This document shows, in pieces, positions 51,258 to 62,617 of a stretch of DNA of 64,000 nucleotides; the first letter of the stretch is position 1, and each line of letters starts with the position of its first letter. Below the pieces are notes generated by a model that did no database searches, was not told the DNA's origin, and was given only the letters and a program-made list of their open reading frames with translations. The stretch lies in assembly GCA_039817645.1 (NCBI GenBank), contig JBCBVM010000004.1:45013-109012 (forward strand), in the 5' to 3' direction. A program made the position numbers and the translations under genes. Origin of the DNA: Pseudomonadota bacterium (GTDB taxonomy: Bacteria > Pseudomonadota > Alphaproteobacteria > Rhodobacterales > Rhodobacteraceae).

Positions 51258-51315
51258 AGTTTGTTCACAGATGAACGCTTATGCGAAAAAGTATGTTCAT
51301 GAAAGAACAAACTTT
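51258..51315. promoter_or_regulatory. AT-rich palindromic operator-like element upstream of the MarR-like/sat ORF
   Basis: 10-bp inverted repeat AAGTTTGTTC...GAACAAACTT, with nested GTTCA/TGAAC half-sites, in an unusually AT-rich stretch. Confidence 0.35.
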
Positions 51316-51406
51316 GCAGCATCGCAGAAATATGCCCAAGGCCCGGGTTACTCGGCCATGGTTGCGCGCTCAGGAAACCAAGACAGGACCGCGCCTTGCG
51401 TTCAAA

Positions 51407-51721
51407 TCAGAGATAGGGCGCGAAACAGGCCACTTCGTTCGGGTCCGGCGTCCCTTGGCCAGAGATCACGGCAAGCGCCGCCCTGGCCCGCGTATCTTCG
51501 GGTGTCCGCGCCAGCAGCGCTTCGACCGACCGCGCGTCATCGCGTCGGATGGCATCCACCAAAGGTCCGTCTCGCGTGGGGTCCGGGCTAGGGCAGACAC
51601 CCGAGCCAACCCGTTCGGCCCGCGCGACAGAGGCATTGCCCGAAGGCGCGGGCGCGCCCCCGCCACAGGCAGACATGCCCATCAACCACAGGCCAAATAT
51701 CGTCGCGCGCAAAATGCCCAT
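51407..51721 (-). CDS. hypothetical small lipoprotein
   Basis: Lipobox LWLMGMSACGG at the internal ATG. Located 29 nt downstream of trxB. Confidence 0.45.
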   Translation of the reverse strand: MGILRATIFGLWLMGMSACGGGAPAPSGNASVARAERVGSGVCPSPDPTRDGPLVDAIRRDDARSVEALLARTPEDTRARAALAVISGQGTPDPNEVACFAPYL

Positions 51722-51749
51722 GGTCTCGCCTCCCGTGGTGTTGGCGTCC

Positions 51750-53460
<1,711 letters not shown>

Positions 53461-53634
53461 AAGCCCCTTCTTTCAACGGGTAAGACATAGCTTACACAAG
53501 TACCCAAGCGCGAACGCGGCAGAAACTGCCGTGGAAACAAAACCGCCGCCGGGCCAGGAACGTTGCGCCGCTTGCGGGGAAAAATCTGGGCCACGCGTCA
53601 AACCTTTGCCAGTATCTCCGGCATAATCCTGGGT

Positions 53635-54324
53635 ATGGTTAAGGTTCTCTGTCTGCCCGTTTCATTTCTATCGTCCGAAGACGGCACAATCACCGTTGAT
53701 TGGGTCGTGCTCACCACCGCGCTGGCGGGCATTGGCCTAGGCGCCATGATGTTGGTCAGCGGCAGTGTGGGGGACCTGTCCAACGACACCCGCGCAACCC
53801 TGAATGACCAGGCGGTCATCACCAACTTCCCGCCCCAAAGCGCCGCCGCCGATTTGGCCATTCCACCGTCATCGACGGCCTGGACCGGCGGGACCCCAGC
53901 CCATGTGGACGGCCTGGGCCTTCTGCGGCACATCGCTGGCGGCGAAACGGCGACCGTGACCCTGGACATCCCCGGCGACGCGGCCGTGGCCATGGTGACG
54001 TTCGACCTGATCGGCGGCGACGACCTGGACGGCGACTTGGCGACTGTGCTGGTGAACGGCCAGCCGGTGTCCGTCTACCGCGATGACCACGGCGTTATCA
54101 CGACCGTCGATGCAGGCGTCCCTGGCGTCGCCGTGGCCGTCACCCAAAGGGCCAGCGACATGGCCCTAGGTGCCAACGCCGCCTTTCCCGACAGCCGCGC
54201 CACGTTTTCGATCCGCGTCGACGATCCCGGGCAGGCCCTGACCTTGGGCGTGCATTCTGGCGCGGATGAGCCGATGGACACGGAATTCTATGCCATCGGC
54301 CCGGTGCAGGTCCGTTCTCTCTAG
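53635..54324 (+). CDS. hypothetical protein with N-terminal hydrophobic anchor
   Basis: DWVVLTTALAGIGLGAMMLVSGS anchor followed by a beta-rich domain; no confident family. Confidence 0.45.
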   Translation: MVKVLCLPVSFLSSEDGTITVDWVVLTTALAGIGLGAMMLVSGSVGDLSNDTRATLNDQAVITNFPPQSAAADLAIPPSSTAWTGGTPAHVDGLGLLRHIAGGETATVTLDIPGDAAVAMVTFDLIGGDDLDGDLATVLVNGQPVSVYRDDHGVITTVDAGVPGVAVAVTQRASDMALGANAAFPDSRATFSIRVDDPGQALTLGVHSGADEPMDTEFYAIGPVQVRSL

Positions 54325-54345
54325 ACGGACCAACGCGCGGCAGGT

Positions 54346-55275
54346 TTAGACCTTCAGGGCCGGGATGATCTGCTTTTTCCGGCTCATGATGCCGGGCAAC
54401 ACGACGCTGTCCCCGGTCACGCTGGCGCCGAAACTCTTCTCTGCCACGGTCTTCACAAGGTCATTGGGCACCAGCAGCGTGGCTTCCTCGTTCAGGATAT
54501 CCACCACGAACAGCAGGACCTGTTCCACCCCGTCCTCGGACGCCACTGGCCCCATGCTTTCCATGATCGACGCCTTACGGTCCAGCACCACATCCGGCGC
54601 CGTCGTCTCCAGGACGGACACGCGGAACTTGGTCCCGTCCACCGCGTATTCCTTGCTGTCCATCCGCAGCAACTCCGCATCCGAGAACGCGCTGACGTCG
54701 GACTTCGCCGCAAACATCTCAGCGGCCAACTCCGGGATGGAGACGCCGAGGTCCTTCGCCAATCGCTCCGCCACGGCGCGGTCGTGGTCCGTGGTCGTGG
54801 GCGACCGGAACTCCAACGTGTCCGACAGGATGCAGGTCAGCATAGCGCCCTTGATCCCCTCTGGCGCGGTTTCCAACGCACCGCCCATCAGGTCGGCCAT
54901 GATCGTGGCGGTGCAGGCCAAGGGGCGCACCGTGATCTCGATGGGACCAGACGTCTCCAACCCGCCGACCAGCTTGTGGTGGTCGATGATCTGCCGGATG
55001 TCCGCATCGTTGATGCCCTCCGGCAACTCGGCCGGGTTGTTCGTGTCCACGATGACCACAGGTTGACCGGCATTCACGCCCGCAATGATCTGCGGCGTGT
55101 CCAAGCCCCAACGCTTCAACATATAGGCGGCCTCGGTATTCGGCGCCCCCAACAAGGCGGGCGCGGCGTCCATCCCCGCGACAGAACTGAGGTACCAGGC
55201 CCAAGCGATCGGGCTGCCGGTCGAATCGGTGTCAGGCGATTTGTGGCCAAAAACGAGGGTGGTCATCTGCGTCAT
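54346..55275 (-). CDS. ppaC: manganese-dependent inorganic pyrophosphatase (family II, DHH-DHHA2)
   Basis: FGHKSPDTDSTGS...VVIVDTNN...DHH; DHH-family motifs. Confidence 0.85.
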   Translation of the reverse strand: MTQMTTLVFGHKSPDTDSTGSPIAWAWYLSSVAGMDAAPALLGAPNTEAAYMLKRWGLDTPQIIAGVNAGQPVVIVDTNNPAELPEGINDADIRQIIDHHKLVGGLETSGPIEITVRPLACTATIMADLMGGALETAPEGIKGAMLTCILSDTLEFRSPTTTDHDRAVAERLAKDLGVSIPELAAEMFAAKSDVSAFSDAELLRMDSKEYAVDGTKFRVSVLETTAPDVVLDRKASIMESMGPVASEDGVEQVLLFVVDILNEEATLLVPNDLVKTVAEKSFGASVTGDSVVLPGIMSRKKQIIPALKV

Positions 55276-55339
55276 CCATGCTGAAAATGCGTCGGGCGCG
55301 CCCTTACCGCGGCGCGTCCCGGATGTCACGAGGGGTTCC

Positions 55340-56017
55340 ATGCGCGAAACCGATCTCTACGCCCCAGTGAAAACCTTCCTGGAGGGGCAAGGCTATGCGG
55401 TGAAGGGGGAAATCGGCAAAGCCGACGTTGTGGCCCTGCGCGGCGAAGATCCGCCGGTGATCGTGGAGTTGAAGACCGCCGTCAGCCTGACCCTGTTCCA
55501 CCAATGCATCGATCGCCAAAGCATCACGCCCCATGTCTATCTGGCCGTCCCCGACGTGCAGGGGCGCCGGGGATACGCCGCCCTGAAGGCCACCCTCAAA
55601 ATGGCCCGGCGGCTGGGGCTTGGCGTTCTGACGGTGCGCCTGTCGGACGGTCTGGTCACCGTCCATTGCGACCCCGGCCCGTTCCAGCCCCGCCTGTTGA
55701 AACGCCCGAGGGAGCGTTTGTTGCGCGAATTCGCCGCCCGCCGCGGGGACCCCGCCCAAGGGGGCGCCACCCGCGACGGTCTGATGACGGCCTACCGGCA
55801 GGACGCCATGGCCCTGGCCACGCACCTGGCCCGACACGGCCCCTGCAAAGGCAGCGTTGCCCGCGATGCCACGGGCGTGCAACGGGCCACGCAGATCATG
55901 CGCGACAACCATTACGGGTGGTTCGAACGGGTGGACACCGGCATCTACGGCCTTTCCGACCAGGGCCGCGCGGCCTTGCCCCCCAAATCAGTTTCCGCCG
56001 CCCCCGAACCCCGGTAA
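55340..56017 (+). CDS. DUF2161 family protein
   Basis: MRETDLYAPVKTFLEGQGYAVKGEIGKADVVAL; a widely conserved alphaproteobacterial hypothetical. Confidence 0.6.
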   Translation: MRETDLYAPVKTFLEGQGYAVKGEIGKADVVALRGEDPPVIVELKTAVSLTLFHQCIDRQSITPHVYLAVPDVQGRRGYAALKATLKMARRLGLGVLTVRLSDGLVTVHCDPGPFQPRLLKRPRERLLREFAARRGDPAQGGATRDGLMTAYRQDAMALATHLARHGPCKGSVARDATGVQRATQIMRDNHYGWFERVDTGIYGLSDQGRAALPPKSVSAAPEPR

Positions 56018-56054
56018 GAGGCCGCAACGCCATTGCCCCAAAGGTCCACGCCCC

Positions 56055-56927
56055 ATGGAAATCATCACCGCCCTCTCCCAGGTCTCCGGCCGCTATAAGG
56101 CCCTGTTCGTGGACCTCTGGGGCTGCGTCCATGATGGCTACACGCCGTTTCCCGGCGCCGTGGAGGCCCTGACCGCCTACCGCGACACAGGCGGCGTCGT
56201 GATCTTGGTCACCAACTCTCCCCGCCCCCGCGCCGGGGTGACGACACAGTTGGAGGAGATCGGCGTCCCCCCCGGGGCCTATGACGACATTGCCACCTCC
56301 GGCGATTCGGCCCGGGTCGCGATGTATCGCGGGACCGTCGGCGCGAACGTCTGGCATCTGGGCCCGGACCATGACGCGGGCTTCTTTTCGCCCCCCAAAG
56401 TGCTGGATGACCCGGTCGCAATCACGCGCGTCTCGCTGGACGCCGCCGACGGGGTGGTCTGCACCGGCCCCTTCGACCCGCTAGCGGACCCGGACACGCT
56501 GCGGCCAGAGTTGCTGGCCGCCAAGACCCGCGGCCTTAAACTGCTTTGCGCCAATCCCGACATCGTCGTGGACCGCGGCGACCAACGCGAATGGTGCGCC
56601 GGGGCCATCGCCAAGCTCTATACCGAGATGGGCGGCGAAAGCCTCTATTTCGGCAAACCCCATCCGCCCATCTACGACCTGGCCCGCCGCCGCCTGGCGC
56701 AGATCGCCGATGTGGGCGACGCCGACATCCTGGCCATCGGCGACGGCCCCCAGACCGACGCGGCGGGCGCCATGGGCGAAGACCTGGACCTGCTTTTCAT
56801 CTCCGGCGGGTTGGGTGCCTCGGAAACGGGCACCCCGCCCCAGGGCAACCCTGACCCAGACAAGTTGGCAACGTACCTGGCCGAAACCGGCGTGGTTCCC
56901 ACCTTCACAATCGGATCGCTTCGGTAA
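56055..56927 (+). CDS. HAD-superfamily class IIA hydrolase (TIGR01459-like)
   Basis: LFVDLWGCVHDG...VILVTNSPRP...GKPHPPIY...IGDGPQTD. Confidence 0.75.
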   Translation: MEIITALSQVSGRYKALFVDLWGCVHDGYTPFPGAVEALTAYRDTGGVVILVTNSPRPRAGVTTQLEEIGVPPGAYDDIATSGDSARVAMYRGTVGANVWHLGPDHDAGFFSPPKVLDDPVAITRVSLDAADGVVCTGPFDPLADPDTLRPELLAAKTRGLKLLCANPDIVVDRGDQREWCAGAIAKLYTEMGGESLYFGKPHPPIYDLARRRLAQIADVGDADILAIGDGPQTDAAGAMGEDLDLLFISGGLGASETGTPPQGNPDPDKLATYLAETGVVPTFTIGSLR

Positions 56928-57032
56928 CAAACAGTAATACTATGGTCCTATCCGGTATTTTTATTGCTTTCTGACTTGCCGCAGCGCGGCGCAGTCGCTA
57001 TGTCTTGCCCAACCCAAATCGGGAGTAGGACC

Positions 57033-57476
57033 ATGCTCGACAACATGCCCCGCGGTACGATCTGCATCGAAGACATCGAGATTGGGATGTCGCGCTCCCT
57101 CCGCAAAATCGTCACTGACCGCGATATCGAGCTGTTTGCCGAGGTGTCGACCGACCACAACCCGGTCCACCTGGACGAGGCCTATGCCCAAGACACCATC
57201 TTCGAGGGGCGCATCGCCCATGGCATGCTGACCGCTGGCCTGATTTCCGCCGTCATCGGGGAACAGCTTCCGGGCCACGGCACCGTCTATCTGGGCCAAT
57301 CGCTGAAATTTTTGGCCCCCGTGCGCCCCGGCGACATGGTGGAGGCGGTGGTGACGGTGACCGACATGGATATCGGCAAGCGCCGGGTGACCATGGACAC
57401 CCATTGCGCCATCGACGGCAAGAAAGTCCTGAAAGGGGAGGCCGTGGTCCTGGCCCCTTCGCGCAAGTTCGACTGA
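57033..57476 (+). CDS. MaoC-like (R)-specific enoyl-CoA hydratase
   Basis: Hot-dog fold motif DHNPVHLDEAYAQDTIFEGRIAHGML. Confidence 0.8.
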   Translation: MLDNMPRGTICIEDIEIGMSRSLRKIVTDRDIELFAEVSTDHNPVHLDEAYAQDTIFEGRIAHGMLTAGLISAVIGEQLPGHGTVYLGQSLKFLAPVRPGDMVEAVVTVTDMDIGKRRVTMDTHCAIDGKKVLKGEAVVLAPSRKFD

Positions 57477-57931
57477 CGCCGAAGGCGGCCCTCGGGCCGC
57501 GCAGTCATAGACCGCCCGGGGCAAAAGCGAAAACGCCTGCCGTCGCAATGGCGGCAACGAAGGCGACGTTTTCCCGAGACACCCGTCCCCCAAACCTCAG
57601 GGGCCCAAGCACTGCGCGGGGCAACGGGAAAGCGTTGTCCCTCCCCACACCATGCGGACCGGACTGACCCCACCGTCAACGATTGGCCGTATGGCAGGGG
57701 ACGACCTAAGGCCCCCCAGAGGTGCCCAATCGTCAGCCCCAGGACCGCCGGTCCCAGATGCAACAAGATCCGGCGCGGCATCCCTGCGATCGTTTCGGCA
57801 CGCCGCTCCAAGGTCCCTCAGTCCATGTCTGCACCCGCCATTGCGCCGGGGCGGGCATCCGGCTGCCCCCCCGGGTCGCCCGTGCCCCCTGAACCCTTGC
57901 GGCGCGCATTTATCGGCGATAGCCCAAACCC

Positions 57932-58852
57932 ATGCGCATCTTCCGCGACCATAAAGACATTCCATCGGACGCGCGGGGCGCCTCTGCCGCCATCGGCAAT
58001 TTCGACGGCGTGCATTTGGGCCATCAGCGCGTGCTGGACGCCGCGCGCCAGAAGGGCGCGCCCCTTGCCGTCGTGACCTTCACCCCCCACCCGCGCGAGG
58101 TCTTCGCCCCCAATGCCCCCGCCTTCCGCCTCATGTCGCCTGAGGCCAAGGCCAACCGCCTCGCCAAGCTTGGCGTAGACCTCCTGTTCGATCTGCCTTT
58201 CCCCGGCATTGCGCCCCTCTCGGCCCAGGCCTTCATGGCCGATGTGCTGGCAAAAGGGCTGGGCCTCAGCCACGTGGTCACAGGCGCCGATTTTTGCTTT
58301 GGCAAAGGGCGCAGTGGCACCGTCGACACCTTGCGCGCCGGTGGTGTGGCCCTGGGCTTCGACGTGACCATCGCGCCCCTTCTCGGCGACGAAACGCCCG
58401 TGTCCTCCACCGCGATCCGCGCCGCGCTCAGCGACGGGGCGCCGCGCAAAGCGGCCGAGATGCTGGGCCATTGGCACCGCATCGAAGGCCCCGTCCTGCA
58501 CGGTGAAAAGCGTGGACGGGACCTGGGCTATCCGACGGCGAACATGGCGCTCGACGGCCTTCACCTGCCGCGCTTGGGCGTCTATGCGGTTCTTGTGGAT
58601 GTGCTCGACGGCCCCCATGGTGGCACCTATCGTGGCGTCGCGTCCCTCGGCGTGCGCCCCATGTTTGGGCAGAACACCCCCAACCTGGAAACCTTCCTGT
58701 TCGACTTCTCCGGCGACCTGTACGGCACGCCGATCTCCGTCGCGCTGGTGGAATTCCTCCGCCCGGAGGCGACGTTCACCGGCCTAGACGCGCTGATCAC
58801 CCAGATGGACGCCGACAGCGCCCAGGCGCGCGCGATCCTGGCCCATGTCTGA
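57932..58852 (+). CDS. ribF: bifunctional riboflavin kinase / FMN adenylyltransferase
   Basis: AAIGNFDGVHLGHQ...GYPTANM...ETFLFDF. Confidence 0.9.
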   Translation: MRIFRDHKDIPSDARGASAAIGNFDGVHLGHQRVLDAARQKGAPLAVVTFTPHPREVFAPNAPAFRLMSPEAKANRLAKLGVDLLFDLPFPGIAPLSAQAFMADVLAKGLGLSHVVTGADFCFGKGRSGTVDTLRAGGVALGFDVTIAPLLGDETPVSSTAIRAALSDGAPRKAAEMLGHWHRIEGPVLHGEKRGRDLGYPTANMALDGLHLPRLGVYAVLVDVLDGPHGGTYRGVASLGVRPMFGQNTPNLETFLFDFSGDLYGTPISVALVEFLRPEATFTGLDALITQMDADSAQARAILAHV

Positions 58853-59354
58853 CCCGTCAACGCCAGACCGCGCCGTGCCGGACCCCATCGACCGTGCCGA
58901 TCTGCGCCCCCGGTTCTGGGAACGCGGCTTAGACCGGCTCAGCCCGAAGGAGTGGGAGGCGCTCTGCGATGGCTGCGGCAAATGCTGCCTCAACAAGCTG
59001 GAGGACGAAGACACCGGCCAAGTGGAGTTGACCCGCGTCGCCTGCCGCCTGCTCGACGACAGCACATGCCGCTGCTGCAACTACGCCAATCGCCTGGCCT
59101 TCGTGCCCGAATGCATCGTGCTCAGCCCAAGGACTCTGCCCGATGTGGTCTATTTCTTCCCAGAGACATGCGCCTATCGGCGCTTGCACGAAGGGCGCCC
59201 CTTGCCCGCCTGGCACCCCCTTTTGACCGGTGATCCCATGTCGCCCCACCGCGCGGGCGCATCGCTCATGGGCCAAACCGTGTCCGAAGTCACCACCCCC
59301 GAGGAGGAGTGGGAGGATCACGTCATAGACGAACCCCTGGGTCCTGCGCCATGA
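58845..59354 (+). CDS. YcgN-family cysteine-cluster protein (UPF0260)
   Basis: CDGCGKCCLNKLEDEDTGQVELTRVACRLLDDSTCRCCNY. Confidence 0.75.
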   Translation: MSDPSTPDRAVPDPIDRADLRPRFWERGLDRLSPKEWEALCDGCGKCCLNKLEDEDTGQVELTRVACRLLDDSTCRCCNYANRLAFVPECIVLSPRTLPDVVYFFPETCAYRRLHEGRPLPAWHPLLTGDPMSPHRAGASLMGQTVSEVTTPEEEWEDHVIDEPLGPAP

Positions 59355-60376
59355 ATTTGAACTTTGCCTCCGACAACACGGGCCCCGTGGCCCCACCCAT
59401 CCTCGACGCCATGGTCAAGGCCAATTCCGGCCCCGCCATGCCCTACGGCGCCGATGCCTGGGCCACCCCCGTGCGCGACAACCTCCGCAGCCTGTTCAAC
59501 TGGCCCCAAGCAGAGGTCCTCCTGGTCGCCACCGGCACCGGGGCCAACGCCCTGGCCCTGGCAGGTCTGGTCCAGCCTTGGCAAACCATCTTCGCCCACC
59601 AGATCAGCCATATCGAGGAAGACGAATGCGGCGCGCCCGAATTCTATACTGGCGGCGCCAAGCTGACCCTGGTGCCCGGCGCCGATGGTAAGATGAACCC
59701 CGAAAACCTCATCGCGGCCTTGGCGGGCGTGGGCGCCAAAGGCGTGCACGGCGTTCAGAAAGGCGCTCTCAGCCTGACCAACGTGACCGAGGCGGGCACC
59801 CTCTACAGCTTGGACGAACTGGCCGCCCTCACGGACCTCGCCCACCAGGCGGGGATACCCACCCACCTGGACGGCGCCCGCTTCGCCAATGCCTGCGTCG
59901 CCCTCGATTGCAGCGCCGCAGACCTGGCCCAGGGTTTCGACATGGTCAGTTTCGGCGGCACCAAGAACGGCTGCATGGCAGTGGAGGCCGTGGTCATGCG
60001 GGACCCGGCCAAGCATTGGGAGCTTCAACTGCGCCGCAAACGCGCCGCCCAGCTTTGGTCCAAACACAGGTTTCTCTCCGTGCAAATGCACGCCTATCTG
60101 GAGGAGGACCTGTGGCGGACCAACGCCCGCGCCGCCAATGCCGCCGGTCAACGCCTCGCCGCCGGTCTGCGCGCCCTTGGGGCAGACATCGTGTGGCCGC
60201 CGGACGCGAACATGATCTTTTGCCGCCTGGACCCCGCCCAACACGCCCGTGCCCAGGCCGAAGCCCAGTACTACATCATGGAAGACGCCCCGCGCCCGCT
60301 CTGCCGCTTGGTCTGCGACTTCACCAAAACCGGGGCCGAAGTCGACCATCTCTTGCGCCTTATCAAAGGCCCTTAG
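59351..60376 (+). CDS. ltaE: low-specificity L-threonine aldolase / beta-eliminating lyase family (PLP)
   Basis: FASDNTGPVAPPILDAM...LVATGTGANALAL...SFGGTKNG. ATGA overlap with the ycgN stop. Confidence 0.8.
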   Translation: MNLNFASDNTGPVAPPILDAMVKANSGPAMPYGADAWATPVRDNLRSLFNWPQAEVLLVATGTGANALALAGLVQPWQTIFAHQISHIEEDECGAPEFYTGGAKLTLVPGADGKMNPENLIAALAGVGAKGVHGVQKGALSLTNVTEAGTLYSLDELAALTDLAHQAGIPTHLDGARFANACVALDCSAADLAQGFDMVSFGGTKNGCMAVEAVVMRDPAKHWELQLRRKRAAQLWSKHRFLSVQMHAYLEEDLWRTNARAANAAGQRLAAGLRALGADIVWPPDANMIFCRLDPAQHARAQAEAQYYIMEDAPRPLCRLVCDFTKTGAEVDHLLRLIKGP

Positions 60377-60934
60377 GGCACAGGCCCAACTGCACCCACC
60401 ACAAGAGGGCGACTGCGGGTCCGACCGCGCATTCGAAAATGGTCGCATGTCTGTGCTGACGGCGTGCCATTCGCCGGGCGCCCGTCACGCGGCAAACCAT
60501 GGGCTCGATCAGGGGACGCGTCCGAAAGGGCCGACAGCCCGTGCCCTGTGACCGCTAGTCAGACCCTCAGCCGGTGCGCATCTCTGACCCTGCCGACCAA
60601 AGGACGATCAGGGGGCGCGATCATCACCCAAAGGTGGAACACAGACGGGATGCCGGGCATCCGCTGGGCAGCGATCCGTCGGCCCCGGCCATGGCAAAAC
60701 ACATGCCCCTTCCTGGCGCGATCGATCCCACGGGCGGGCCTTCCTTTGCGCGCCACCTCCAGCCAAACCTAATGGGACCGCCTGTCGAAGGACAATCGCC
60801 CCACTGCGCGCGGGCGGCTCCATGGCCGCAACGGTTAGCCCCCCCGAAGCGCCACCATCCAACCCAAACGTCGGATGGCAAAGAACACCTGCCCGCGACC
60901 CCAAACCCCAGGATTACCGCCACGAACGCCCAGC

Positions 60935-61255
60935 CTACCGCCGCCGCGCTTCCATCCGCATGGCAAGCCGCATCTCGATATCCGCCAATTCCGCCATCAC
61001 GCGCTTGCGGGCCTCCGGTGCGGTCTCGGTGGCCAGACGCTGGCGCAGCGCGATGGCCTGCTTTTTCAGCACCACTTCCGGCGGCAACGCCCCCTCCCGC
61101 GCCATGATGCGGAACCCGGTCGCTTCGACCGGGTCAACGAAGGCTCCCCCTTCTTGGGGCGGCAGGGGCGCGCCCTCCCCCTCCAAGCCGGTCAGCTTGC
61201 CATCCGCCTCCGCGCGACCGATCAGACGTTCCGCCAAATAGCGCAGGGTCCCCAT
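60935..61255 (-). CDS. DUF1992 (DnaJC28-like) domain protein
   Basis: YLAERLIGRAEADGKLTGLEGEGAPL motif. Confidence 0.55.
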   Translation of the reverse strand: MGTLRYLAERLIGRAEADGKLTGLEGEGAPLPPQEGGAFVDPVEATGFRIMAREGALPPEVVLKKQAIALRQRLATETAPEARKRVMAELADIEMRLAMRMEARRR

Positions 61256-61393
61256 GGCACGCGACCTCCTGATGTCATCTGGCCAAAAATACCTCAAAAA
61301 TGGGGGTCTGGGGGGCCTGCCCCCCAGGAAACAGCAATCGGCGCAGCCGACCGCTTTGCAGACGTGGCCCCCGCGCTACGGCGGCGATCGGCG

Positions 61394-61633
61394 TCACTTC
61401 GCCTCAAGCGCGTCCAAGCGGGCCTGCAATGCCGCGTTCTCCTCGCGGGCCTTCTGCGCCATGGCGCGGACGGCGTCGAATTCTTCACGGGTGACAAAAT
61501 CCCGATCCGCCATCCAGCGGTCCAACATGGATTTCATGGCCGTCTCGGCCTCGGTCCGCGCGCCTTGGGCCACGCCCATGGCGTTGGTCATCAATTGGCT
61601 CAGGTCATCCATGATGCGGTTGCGGGTCTGCAT
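61394..61633 (-). CDS. ubiK: ubiquinone biosynthesis accessory factor UbiK (BMFP/YqiC family)
   Basis: IMDDLSQLMTNAMGVAQGARTEAETAMKSMLDRWMADRDFVTREEF. AGGAG SD 7 nt upstream. Confidence 0.7.
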   Translation of the reverse strand: MQTRNRIMDDLSQLMTNAMGVAQGARTEAETAMKSMLDRWMADRDFVTREEFDAVRAMAQKAREENAALQARLDALEAK

Positions 61634-61726
61634 GGGCTTGCTCCTATTCGGTTGGCCCACATATGGCGTGTCCCGCCCCATGTCTCAAGGTTGACCCTTG
61701 CCGCACCTCCGGGCATTCCAACGCAC

Positions 61727-62617
61727 ATGATCTTCGCAATCCCTTTCCCGGATCTTAGTCCCGATATCTTCTCCATCGATCTGGGCTTTTTCACCTTCAC
61801 CCTGCGCTGGTACGCCATGGCCTATATCACAGGTATCCTGGGCGGCTGGTTCATGGCCCGTTGGGCGGCGGATCACGCCCGCCTTTGGCCCGGCGATCAA
61901 AGCCCGATGACCCGCGCCCAAGTCGAAGACATCATGACCTGGGTCGTGATCGGCGTCGTCTTGGGTGGGCGACTGGGCTACGTTCTGTTCTACCAGCCGG
62001 GCTATTACCTCCAAAACCCCGCAGGGATCCTGGCCGTCTGGGAAGGCGGCATGTCCTTCCACGGGGGCATGTTGCTGACGGGGATCCTGGTGATCTGGTA
62101 CGCGCGGCGCCATGGCATTCGGATGTTGTCCCTCCTGGACCTCACCGCCCTGGCCACCCCTTTGGGACTGGGCCTGGGCCGCGTGGCGAACTTCATCAAC
62201 GCAGAGCTTTGGGGCCGCCCCACCGATGTGCCCTGGGGCGTGATCTTCCCCGGCCAAGCTGCCCAGGCCTGTGCCACCGCAACCGCGCTGTGTGCCCGCC
62301 ACCCCAGCCAACTCTATGAAGCCTTTCTCGAAGGCCTCGTCCTTCTGGCCGCCCTGTGGTGGGTGGCTTTGCGCGGCGGGCTCAAACGCCCGGGCCTGAT
62401 CTTCGGCCTGTTCCTGGCAGGCTATGGCGGAGCCCGCATATTCGTCGAACATTTCCGCCAAGCCGATGCCCAATACATCTCCGCCGACAATCCGCTGGGC
62501 CATGTGTTGCGCTTGGGCGACGCGGGCCTGACCATGGGCCAAGTCCTGTCGCTGCCCATGCTTTTGGCGGGGCTGGCCGTCGTCCTTTACGTGCGGCGGC
62601 GCCCCCAACCGGCATGA
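61727..62617 (+). CDS. lgt: prolipoprotein diacylglyceryl transferase
   Basis: IDLGFFTFTLRWYAMAYITGILGGW...GGRLGYVLFYQPGYY...LGRVANFINAELWGR. Confidence 0.9.
   Translation: MIFAIPFPDLSPDIFSIDLGFFTFTLRWYAMAYITGILGGWFMARWAADHARLWPGDQSPMTRAQVEDIMTWVVIGVVLGGRLGYVLFYQPGYYLQNPAGILAVWEGGMSFHGGMLLTGILVIWYARRHGIRMLSLLDLTALATPLGLGLGRVANFINAELWGRPTDVPWGVIFPGQAAQACATATALCARHPSQLYEAFLEGLVLLAALWWVALRGGLKRPGLIFGLFLAGYGGARIFVEHFRQADAQYISADNPLGHVLRLGDAGLTMGQVLSLPMLLAGLAVVLYVRRRPQPA

Noticed and set aside
55857-56054. N-terminal extensions of the HAD-IIA (55857), Qor (25165), carB (13879), hsp20 (47965) and lgt (60875) track ORFs.
   Set aside because: The conserved family N-termini begin at internal ATGs. 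The upstream parts are low-complexity, and some overlap the preceding gene.
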